37,650 nt of DNA, from the IMG/VR virus record IMGVR_UViG_3300045988_125995; one strand, given 5' to 3'. Positions 1 to 6,521 of the stretch are shown here, piece after piece. The notes under the pieces are model-generated. The model was given only the letters and a program-made list of their open reading frames with translations, did no database searches and was not told where the DNA came from. The stretch comes from a virus. Position 1 is the stretch's first letter. Each line of letters begins with the position of its first letter. The translations under genes and the position numbers were made by a program.

Positions 1-119
1 AGAGATCGCAAGAATTTGCGGCGAGCCTGAACAGAAGATACGGCGGGTGCTGGCCGACGGGAAAAGCCCGGCGTTCGCGCCGCTGTGCGGTATCATCACG
101 GCCTGCGGCGGCAGCGTTG
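1..119. repeat. Terminal redundancy copy 1: nt 1-119 identical to nt 37532-37650 (circular genome wrap; unique length 37,531 bp)
   Basis: Base-by-base comparison of the two window ends. The repeat lies inside an open frame that reads through the join, so it is a permutation/assembly overlap rather than att or LTR. Confidence 0.95.
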
Positions 120-409
120 ACGAGATCATAGGCGCCGCTCCGACGGAAAAGGCCGCGCCGGTGAACGATGCGCTTGTTATTCAGCTTCGCGCCGATCTGC
201 GGCACGAGCGGAAGAGAAACAGCCTTGGGTGGGTACTGTTCGCAGTGGTCGCGTTTATTGCAATAGGCGTTCTGATATACGACATCGCAAACCCGCAGTT
301 TGGCTTGGTGCGATACAACATCCAGCAGGCGGAGGCGCGAATACGCGAAACAGCGTCGCACACGCCGGTTAGCGCCGTCCGGCGCTGGGCATGTGAATTT
401 ATACTCTGA
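2..409 (+). CDS. HTH (XRE-like) regulator with one C-terminal TM helix. It is 5'-truncated in this copy; the true start is ATG 37485 across the circular join (about 151 aa).
   Basis: Frame is open from nt 2. HTH-like LTVSEIARICGEPEQKIRRVLADGKSP; hydrophobic helix WVLFAVVAFIAIGVLIY; TGA stop at 407-409. Confidence 0.7.
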   Translation, partial: EIARICGEPEQKIRRVLADGKSPAFAPLCGIITACGGSVDEIIGAAPTEKAAPVNDALVIQLRADLRHERKRNSLGWVLFAVVAFIAIGVLIYDIANPQFGLVRYNIQQAEARIRETASHTPVSAVRRWACEFIL

Positions 410-467
410 CGCGCGCAGAACGCCGCAGAACGCGACAGGCGCGGTTAAACAGGGGGGAAACAAAGAA

Positions 468-1601
468 ATGAAGTGTAAGCAATGCGGCAGGGAGATACCG
501 GAGGCCGCTATTTTCTGCTGCTGGTGCGGAGTGAAGCAGCTCAGGGAACGCAGGAAGAAGGACGCTATAAAAGTGCCGAAGCCGCGGAAGCTCCGTTCCG
601 GCGCGTGGAACATCGAACTGCGCGCCGAGGGGCAGAGCATAACCGAAGCGACGGCGGAGCTATGCGAGGCGAAAGCGCGGGCGATCCGCGCCGGTTTTAT
701 CGAGGCGAAGAAAGCCGCGCCGAAGATGACCGTTGACGCCGCACTCGAAGCCTACATCAAGAGCCGCGAGCTCCTGTCGCCGTCCACGCTGCGAGGATAT
801 GAGGCAATCCGCCGGACGCGCTTCCGGGCGATAAGCAACAAGGATATAAATGCTGTTGACTGGCAGAATGCCATAAATGCCGAAGCGAAGCTATGCTCGC
901 CGAAGACACTTAAAAATGCGTGGGGGCTGTTTTCTTCGGCGCTGAAGTCTGCGGGAGTTGAGCCGGGCGAGGTAACGCTGGCACAGGTGGCAAGCAAGGA
1001 TTTGCCTTGGCTCGACTATGAGCAGATAAAGACGTTTTTGGAGGCGGTCAAGTATGAGCCTTGCGAGCTGGGCGCGCTGCTGGCGCTTCATTCCCTGCGG
1101 CGGTCGGAAATCTATGCGCTGACGGCGGCAGATGTTGACCTTGCAAAGGGCTTGATCCGCGTCGAAGGCGCGGCGGTGCTTGATGCTGATAACAACCTGA
1201 CGCAAAAGGACACCAACAAAAACGAAACATCGCGCCGGACTGTGCCGATTATGATACCGCGACTGCGCGAGATTTTGCCGGGGGCTATGGCGGCGGCCGA
1301 CGGCGGGGCACTGGTACAGGGCAATGTTAACACGTTGTATAATCAGGTTAACCGGATTTGTGACGCCGCGGGGCTCCCTCGTGTCGGCGTCCACGGCTTG
1401 CGGCGGTCGTTTGCGTCGCTGGCGTATCATCTGCGCTGGTCGGAGCTTGAGACAATGCGGGTCGGCGGATGGTCAGATTTTAATACTATGCGCAAAATTT
1501 ATACCAAGCTTGCCGAACGAGATAAGAGCGCGGCGGCGCAGAAGATGGAGCAGTTTTATTCCGCAGAAGAGCTGGACGAGGAAGCCGAAAAACGTTCGTA
1601 A
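468..1601 (+). CDS. int: Tyrosine recombinase/integrase with N-terminal zinc ribbon
   Basis: ATG 468 follows the purine-rich tract AGGGGGGAAACAAAGAA. N-terminus CKQC...CCWC. Catalytic-type motifs LRRSEIYALT (Arg), HGLRRSFASLA (H-x-x-R) and GGWSD..MRKIYTK (Tyr). TAA stop. Confidence 0.9.
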   Translation: MKCKQCGREIPEAAIFCCWCGVKQLRERRKKDAIKVPKPRKLRSGAWNIELRAEGQSITEATAELCEAKARAIRAGFIEAKKAAPKMTVDAALEAYIKSRELLSPSTLRGYEAIRRTRFRAISNKDINAVDWQNAINAEAKLCSPKTLKNAWGLFSSALKSAGVEPGEVTLAQVASKDLPWLDYEQIKTFLEAVKYEPCELGALLALHSLRRSEIYALTAADVDLAKGLIRVEGAAVLDADNNLTQKDTNKNETSRRTVPIMIPRLREILPGAMAAADGGALVQGNVNTLYNQVNRICDAAGLPRVGVHGLRRSFASLAYHLRWSELETMRVGGWSDFNTMRKIYTKLAERDKSAAAQKMEQFYSAEELDEEAEKRS

Positions 1602-1696
1602 ATCTGTTCGTAAAATCGCATGTTAAAATGCGATTTGAAGCTATCAGAATTGACATGGGAACATCACATTTGAAAGCGGGAGAAAGCCCGAAAAAC

Positions 1697-1742
1697 ATTG
1701 AAAAACAAGAAAAATCCCGCAATCTCAATGACTGCGGGATTT
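1697..1742 (-). terminator. Hairpin plus T-run terminator for leftward transcription (weak for rightward int transcript)
   Basis: Stem AAATCCCGCA (1712-1721) / TGCGGGATTT (1733-1742). On the minus strand it is followed by TTTTTCTTGTTTTT. Confidence 0.6.
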
Positions 1743-1750
1743 GCAAAATA

Positions 1751-1776
1751 TGGTGCGCGAGGCGGGACTTGAACCC
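1751..1776 (-). other. tRNA 3'-end fragment (T-loop, acceptor 3' strand, ACCA): probable attP core for integration into a host tRNA gene
   Basis: The reverse complement reads GGGTTCAAGTCCCGCCTCGCGCACCA. No matching 5' half of a tRNA is present. It lies about 150 nt downstream of int. Confidence 0.7.
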
Positions 1777-1845
1777 AAATTTTAAAGCATATAAGTGCTG
1801 AAAAACAAAGGGAAAACTACAACGTTCGGAAAAGCGTTCGTAAAA

Positions 1846-2289
1846 TCAAAAGATTCGCTTTGCATATTCGAGCATCCAGACACCCTGCTGCTGCAAGGTC
1901 AGGCACTTTTCAAAGTCTCGGCGCATAGTCTCAAGATCTATTCGTTCAAACAATTCGCCGATTTCTTTGTCAATCTCCGGTGTGGCCTTGTGCATCGCAT
2001 GGAGTTTCTGCACATACTGGCTCGCAAGCCGCAGGGGGAAGCGCTGGGCTTCTGCGATATCCGCTTCATTGCGGGATTTTGTCGCCGTATAGCAGATAGC
2101 AAATATACCGGCTGCGGCCTTGATCTCATCGTTTGTCATGGTTGTTCCTCCTTCCGCGCCGAGGGAGGCGAGCAGCACATCCTCGACATAATTTGTGATA
2201 CTGCGGTTTTTGCTTGCGGCGGCTTCCGCGAGCCGCGCTTTGACTTCCGGCGTGATCCGGATGTACAGACGTTCGGTTTTCCCAGCCAT
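1846..2289 (-). CDS. Ribbon-helix-helix (CopG/Arc-like) domain fused in frame to a helical domain of about 100 aa of unknown function
   Basis: ATG 2289 with AAGGAG 7 nt upstream. N-terminus KTERLYIRITPEVKARLAEAAASKNRSITNYVEDVLL. Internal in-frame ATG (2139) has its own AAGGAGGA. TGA stop. Confidence 0.7.
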   Translation of the reverse strand: MAGKTERLYIRITPEVKARLAEAAASKNRSITNYVEDVLLASLGAEGGTTMTNDEIKAAAGIFAICYTATKSRNEADIAEAQRFPLRLASQYVQKLHAMHKATPEIDKEIGELFERIDLETMRRDFEKCLTLQQQGVWMLEYAKRIF

Positions 2290-2300
2290 AGGGCATCTCC

Positions 2301-2828
2301 TTATTTCTGCGTCTCGCATTCGGAGGAGTCTCCTGTGAGCTCCTGAAGCCTCTGCTTCGCGCGGGCATAGCGGGCGGAGTCGATGATGTCTGGGACGTAG
2401 CCGTACCCGCCCTCGTTATACACGTCATTCCAGTGCTTGCAGCGGCGGGCGGCTTCTTCCGGCGTCGGAATATCCGGCTGCCGTTCGGCTTTACGGATAA
2501 CATTTTGGTACCACTCAATATCTTCTTGACGCTCCTTCGCTTTCTTTTCGGCTTCCCGTTGGGCGTTCAGGCTTACGAGCCAATTCCATTCCTCGTCGGA
2601 GATCTCGTAGCACCGGTTGTAACAGCCGAGGAGCGCCCAGTAATCGCGGGTCTTCCACTCTGCCGGGATGTCCCAGTATTTGACGTAGGGGACAGGCACA
2701 CGGTTACCAGTGCCAAAAATCAGGCCGTCAGCCCATCCCGCGCGATGTTGCGCCTTCTCCTCTTCGGTCGGAAGCCGGGCTTCGATTAATTCATTGGGGT
2801 ACGCATCAAACTGCGCGAATACTTTCAT
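2301..2828 (-). CDS. Hypothetical protein (175 aa)
   Basis: ATG with GGAGCAAAAA upstream. Uninterrupted ORF packed against its neighbours. TAA stop. Confidence 0.7.
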   Translation of the reverse strand: MKVFAQFDAYPNELIEARLPTEEEKAQHRAGWADGLIFGTGNRVPVPYVKYWDIPAEWKTRDYWALLGCYNRCYEISDEEWNWLVSLNAQREAEKKAKERQEDIEWYQNVIRKAERQPDIPTPEEAARRCKHWNDVYNEGGYGYVPDIIDSARYARAKQRLQELTGDSSECETQK

Positions 2829-2947
2829 TTTTTGCTCCGGCTTTTGCTATCTTGGTTGGATTGTACGCCTTTTGTGCGTACAAGTCAATAGGCAAGGCAC
2901 ACAAAAGGCGTATTCAAAATTTGTGCGGATTGATAAGCGTACAGGGG

Positions 2948-3403
2948 CTAACGCTCCCATGACTTGCGCTCTATATCCTTCACCGCCTCGATGCCGGGGC
3001 GGGCTTTTTTTATCTCCTCGAACCGCTTTATTGCGGCGTGGCGCTCCTTGCCGGGGAACACTTCCGTTTCCGTCTCGGTCTCCGTCCCGTCGGCGTATGT
3101 GGTGATATGTCGGATATAATACTTGATGCCGCTGCATCCGTTATACCGTTCAAGCTTTACGCGGTCTTTGCTGGGCATTGTGGCAAGGGCGTTATATCTG
3201 GCGGCGAGGTCTTGCCGGTACTCTATAAGCTGCGTTGCCAGGTGCTTGCACTCTGCAATCAGCTCGGCGGCGCGGCGGTCATAGTCCCTGATTTTGTCGT
3301 AGTTGTCGCAGGCTTCAGGGCGCTTCAAATAGCCCCATATCCTTATTTCCGCTTCTTGGCTGGGGCTACCGTAGCGGGTGAACAGCTCGTCTTTATAGCT
3401 CAT
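2948..3403 (-). CDS. Hypothetical protein (151 aa); terminates with TAG
   Basis: ATG 3403 preceded by AGGAGGTAAAAAG. Stop is TAG (2948-2950); the next in-frame stop is TGA 20 codons later (2885-2887). Confidence 0.7.
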   Translation of the reverse strand: MSYKDELFTRYGSPSQEAEIRIWGYLKRPEACDNYDKIRDYDRRAAELIAECKHLATQLIEYRQDLAARYNALATMPSKDRVKLERYNGCSGIKYYIRHITTYADGTETETETEVFPGKERHAAIKRFEEIKKARPGIEAVKDIERKSWER

Positions 3404-3419
3404 CTTTTTACCTCCTGAA

Positions 3420-3680
3420 TTACCCGAAAAAGTATGTTCCGTTACGCTTGTAGCGCTCGTTCCAAAACGCGGCGGTTTCTTCTGCCTGCTTTTTGCTCGG
3501 GAAAGCGTTTGCAGCCTTCAATCCACCAATAGCGGACAGTGCCGACAATATGTTTTCATCCGGACTGACCCGCAGTACATCGGCATAATAGCCGGGGAGG
3601 TATTCGTCGGCCTTTCGCTCCGTGAATATTGACCGGTTCTTGTCCTGCTCTGCGGTATAGGCGATATAAATATAGCTCAT
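3420..3680 (-). CDS. Hypothetical protein (86 aa)
   Basis: Internal ATG 3680 with AAAGGAA upstream is preferred over the ORF-track start at 3737. TAA stop. Confidence 0.6.
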   Translation of the reverse strand: MSYIYIAYTAEQDKNRSIFTERKADEYLPGYYADVLRVSPDENILSALSAIGGLKAANAFPSKKQAEETAAFWNERYKRNGTYFFG

Positions 3681-3723
3681 AGTAATTCCTTTCTGCCCTC
3701 GTGACCTCCGGGGCGGGCGGTGT

Positions 3724-3900
3724 TTAGTTATCCTCAATATAGCTCACACTGTAAAAGGTGCAATCCTCGTGTAGCCCTATCAACCATTCTTCAAGGTCGA
3801 ATTGACGGGCGCACTCCGCAGAGTATATGCCGCCCTCTGTATAAGGAAAATTTCGGTCGACAACAGTTCCGTCTGCATATTCCGCGTAAGCATTCCACAT
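3724..3900 (-). CDS. Hypothetical small protein (58 aa)
   Basis: ATG 3900 preceded by AAAGGAGAC. TAA stop. Confidence 0.6.
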   Translation of the reverse strand: MWNAYAEYADGTVVDRNFPYTEGGIYSAECARQFDLEEWLIGLHEDCTFYSVSYIEDN

Positions 3901-3902
3901 GG

Positions 3903-4091
3903 TTAAAAGTCTCCTTTCTTTTCGTAGAGGTTGGGACAAAGGGCAAGACCGCCGTCAATACGGGGGACGCGCCTATATGCTCCGCGGTGCGGGCAATTTT
4001 CACGGGTGCAATTCGCGCAATAACACGCGACATATTCTTCATAGCTCATTTTCCATGCTGTGCGGGTTTCAAATTCTTCTTTCGTGAACAT
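3903..4091 (-). CDS. Small Cys-rich protein (62 aa), possible metal-binding
   Basis: ATG 4091 preceded by AAAGGAAG. Motif CYCANC..C.H....C. Confidence 0.6.
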   Translation of the reverse strand: MFTKEEFETRTAWKMSYEEYVACYCANCTRENCPHRGAYRRVPRIDGGLALCPNLYEKKGDF

Positions 4092-4121
4092 TTCAATCTT
4101 CCTTTCTTAGCGGGGGACGGC

Positions 4122-4622
4122 TCACGCCGTCGCCCCTATTCTTTCGTAGCCGCTGGACTCGTGCCCGGCGCGGTCTATTACCTGACTGCCGTACTTGCTG
4201 CGGATTTCGTTCATGCTGCTTTTGCCGCGGTGCCAGCCGTGCGAGTCCTCAGCATGCCGCCAGTACCAGAGCTTTTTATTGTTACTCCAACGGCATCCGG
4301 CAGCCTTCAGCGCCTCTTTATGCTCGCGGGTATTGCCGCCGATCCACAGCCAGCACCCGCACAGCTCTATTTCGAGGCCGTCGAGCTTCAAAAGCTTTTC
4401 GATGATGCCGCGGAACTCCTCCGGGCTTTCGGTCGTCTGGTGTTCCTGGTCGTGCGTCGCGTTCCAGCCGTGCTTCAGCTGCTCGAAAATTTCGTCGTGC
4501 TCGGCGTTTATGGCCTTCATTGTTTCAGTGTCGCCGCCGCGGTCGGGGTGGTACTGCATCGCCAAGCGGCGGTACTGCTTCTTGAGTTCGTCAAAGCTGC
4601 TGACGTTAACAAAGTATTTCAT
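4122..4622 (-). CDS. J-domain (DnaJ-like) protein with uncharacterised C-terminal domain
   Basis: ATG 4622 preceded by AAAGGA. J-domain signature KKQYRRLAMQYHPDRGGD (HPD motif). TGA stop. Confidence 0.8.
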   Translation of the reverse strand: MKYFVNVSSFDELKKQYRRLAMQYHPDRGGDTETMKAINAEHDEIFEQLKHGWNATHDQEHQTTESPEEFRGIIEKLLKLDGLEIELCGCWLWIGGNTREHKEALKAAGCRWSNNKKLWYWRHAEDSHGWHRGKSSMNEIRSKYGSQVIDRAGHESSGYERIGATA

Positions 4623-4645
4623 GTTTGTTGATCCTTTCACATATG

Positions 4646-4665
4646 ACATACTCAATTGAGTATGT
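4646..4665. promoter_or_regulatory. Perfect 20-bp palindrome ACATACTCAATTGAGTATGT (operator-like)
   Basis: Seen directly. It shares CATACT-N6-AGTATG with a second site at 5123-5140. It sits between the RHH gene and the J-domain gene. Confidence 0.5.
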
Positions 4666-4682
4666 ACATTTTTAAGGGACAT

Positions 4683-4874
4683 TCAGCCCCTTAAAAAGTT
4701 TTCGATTGCTTCGAGCAAAATGCTCGCTTGTGATACTCCCTCGGCTTTGCATTTGGCCCGGAAAGCTGTCACAGTGTCGCGCGGCAACTCCGCTTGTACT
4801 TTGCAATATACGCGGTCGTTATACCGGCGTTTCACTTCCGTGCTGGTGGTGGTCTTTCTTGCCGTGCGGGTCAT
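4683..4874 (-). CDS. Small ribbon-helix-helix (Arc/CopG-like) DNA-binding protein
   Basis: 63 aa. KRRYNDRVYCKVQAELPRDTVTAFRAKCKAEGVSQASILLEAIENFL fits a beta-strand/helix/helix pattern. TGA stop. Confidence 0.6.
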   Translation of the reverse strand: MTRTARKTTTSTEVKRRYNDRVYCKVQAELPRDTVTAFRAKCKAEGVSQASILLEAIENFLRG

Positions 4875-4920
4875 CTCCTTTTACGGCCGGGGCGGTTGCC
4901 CGCCCCGCCTTGGTCATGTA

Positions 4921-5073
4921 TTAGCCTTGGTTTGCTGTAGTAACATACACCTTGATCAGCTTTTTGATCTCTTCGGCGGTGTAGGTTTCTTGCTCCGGCT
5001 TTTGCTCGATGATGTCGATCAGGTCGTAAGCAACAGCCTTTCGGGCTTCCTTCATTTCCTTTTCGGTCGGCAT
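4921..5073 (-). CDS. Hypothetical small acidic protein (50 aa), first gene of the leftward accessory operon
   Basis: ATG 5073 preceded by AAAGGAG. TAA stop. Confidence 0.5.
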   Translation of the reverse strand: MPTEKEMKEARKAVAYDLIDIIEQKPEQETYTAEEIKKLIKVYVTTANQG

Positions 5074-5115
5074 TCGTTTCGCTCCTTTCGGTGTCGTTTG
5101 CCTGTTGGCATTTTT

Positions 5116-5144
5116 AAGATAGCATACTCGATGCAGTATGTCAA
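5116..5144 (-). promoter_or_regulatory. Sigma-70-type leftward promoter with an embedded operator
   Basis: On the minus strand: TTGACA (5144-5139), 17-nt spacer, TATCTT (5121-5116). The spacer contains CATACTCGATGCAGTATG (5123-5140), which is the CATACT-N6-AGTATG motif. Confidence 0.6.
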
Positions 5145-5255
5145 GCGCTTTTCGCATCTTTGTTTTAATTGCACAAAAACAAAGCATGAAAATTGTGCAT
5201 TATGCAAGAGTGACCCGCCGCGCGTATCTGGTTGTTATCTATTCGTTATCCTGTG

Positions 5256-5396
5256 CGGGATTATATATATTATACAGAGGATCGCAGGCCGAGCCGCGCC
5301 CCGGAGGGGATATATTATATACAGGCAGATATATATTTATATAATACAAGAGATATAGATAGAGAGGATGAGCGAAGATATATAAACTATAAGGGG
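5256..5396. repeat. (TA)-rich imperfect repeat array in the divergent control region
   Basis: Five units of the type ATATAT(T)ATA..ACAGAGG / ACAGGCAG / ACAAGAG / AGAGAGG / TAAGGGG, interrupted by one GC-rich block. No credible ORF. Confidence 0.6.
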
Positions 5397-5475
5397 AGGT
5401 CGCGCGCGCGGGAGGGCAGGCGTTGACATTTTGGGCGCGTTTTCGGCGATTGTGACAATTGCACAAAGTTTTCAC

Positions 5476-5504
5476 TTGACGTTTGTTCAATATGGCGATA
5501 TATT
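5476..5504 (+). promoter_or_regulatory. Sigma-70-type rightward promoter
   Basis: TTGACG (5476-5481), 17-nt spacer, TATATT (5499-5504). AATTGCACAAA box at 5457-5467 just upstream; the same box occurs at 5167-5177. Confidence 0.55.
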
Positions 5505-5955
5505 GGGAGCGAGAAGGCAAAGAGCGGCGCGAAGTTCGCACAATCCCTATTATGCGAACCAAAACGCTAGACAAAATTCCCAAAGTGTACAAAAGATGGT
5601 GCCGCCTGTGTGCCTGGCTGTGCTTGTGTGCGGCGCTCCGGCTGTTTTATGTCTGTCTGTTATCATTCAATCAGGAGGGCGGGCGGCTCAGGCGGGGCGC
5701 GGGGAAATAAGGCAGGGCGGGCGCGGTGTGCGTGTGCTTTCAGATGCAGTCGTTTCCGGCTTGGCTGCCCTCTGGGGGTGGCGGAAAAAGGGCGGGTACG
5801 CGCGCCGAGAGGGGCGTATATATACCACACACGTTTCAGAGGAGATTCCCGAAACGGGGTGGGGTAGGAGAAAACAGGGGGTAGGGTCTTTGGAAAAGGC
5901 GGCGAGAAAAAATTATAAGCCCTCTGCGGAAGCACTGGTAGAGGACGGATGGATC

Positions 5956-6072
5956 ATGTGTCCGAAATGCAGGGCGAAGCTCGGAAGGGCTGAGTATGGC
6001 GCGGTAGGCAAGGGGATAGTTCTCTATTGCCGAGGGCGTGACTGCAAGATGCCGGTGCGTGTAAAATTGTGA
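5956..6072 (+). CDS. Com-like zinc-ribbon protein (38 aa)
   Basis: MCPKCRAKLGRAEYGAVGKGIVLYCRGRDCKMPVRVKL has CxxC...CxxxxC spacing like Mu Com-family regulators. GAGGA lies 10 nt upstream of the ATG. The rest of ORF 5431-6072 is G/R-rich and not protein-like. Confidence 0.5.
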   Translation: MCPKCRAKLGRAEYGAVGKGIVLYCRGRDCKMPVRVKL

Positions 6073-6149
6073 CGTAGGCTGCGGGGGAGTCTTTCTTCCT
6101 TTCGCTTTCCCGCACTGCGGAGGGGCGGACAATGCCGCCCCTTGTATAA

Positions 6150-6224
6150 GCTGGTGTAGCTCAATGGAAGAGCGGCTGCTTCGTAAGCAGCCGGTTGAGG
6201 GTTCAAGTCCTTCTGCCAGCTCCA
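6150..6224 (+). tRNA. tRNA-Thr (anticodon CGT)
   Basis: Manual cloverleaf: acceptor GCTGGTG/TGCCAGC; D stem GCTC/GAGC; anticodon stem GCTGC/GCAGC with loop TTCGTAA (CGT at 6182-6184); T stem GAGGG/CCTTC with loop TTCAAGT; CCA encoded. Confidence 0.85.
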
Positions 6225-6227
6225 TAT

Positions 6228-6302
6228 AGCAGAGAGAGTGCTGGTGCTCCTCCGGGACTCATAATTCCGGCTACGTCGGTTCGATTCCGGCCTCTGCTAC
6301 CA
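6228..6302 (+). tRNA. tRNA-Met-like (anticodon CAT; could equally be an Ile2/lysidine type), atypical D arm
   Basis: Acceptor AGCAGAG/CTCTGCT; anticodon stem CGGGA/TTCCG with loop CTCATAA (CAT at 6260-6262); T stem GTCGG/CCGGC with loop TTCGATT; CCA encoded. A at position 8 and a weak D stem. Confidence 0.6.
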
Positions 6303-6521
6303 CACGCGACATAGGTTCGTGCTCTCCTTTCTATCAAGAAGCGACGCCGTAGGAAGCCGCTCCGCACAGCGCAGCTGCTGCGGCTCCGTCTGGAATGACG
6401 GCGGGCAAATAAGAGCTGGCAGTGAGGCTATAAGCCGCCAGCCGAACAGGCCGTGAGCCATTGACGAAGCATTGAAAAGTGCTTTGCCGGTGGCTCACAT
6501 TCTTTTCAGGGAGATAAGCGG

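Noticed and set aside
1-119. The 119-bp terminal direct repeats read as attL/attR or LTR-type mobile-element ends
   Set aside because: The repeat lies inside the coding frame of an HTH gene that is only complete across the join. The real att-like element is the tRNA fragment at 1751-1776.
2861-2912. Alternative hairpins (TTGTACGC/GCGTACAA and the 13-bp arms TACGCCTTTTGTG/CACAAAAGGCGTA) downstream of the TAG-terminated 2948 gene, as a suppression-sensing attenuator
   Set aside because: The structure is real, and the TAG read-through frame would run into it. However, neither hairpin is followed by a U-run on the transcribed (minus) strand, so a terminator or antiterminator role is unsupported. 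It may be an RNA-stability or protein-binding element.
5431-6072. 213-aa ORF covering the G-rich region
   Set aside because: The product is Gly/Arg/Ala-rich and low in complexity, has no SD, and starts upstream of the predicted promoter. Only the last 38 codons (a Com-like zinc ribbon with its own ATG and SD) look real.
6228-6302. Second tRNA as an opal (TCA) suppressor
   Set aside because: The canonical 7-nt loop CTCATAA puts CAT at positions 34-36. No gene in the window shows an in-frame TGA that needs suppression.
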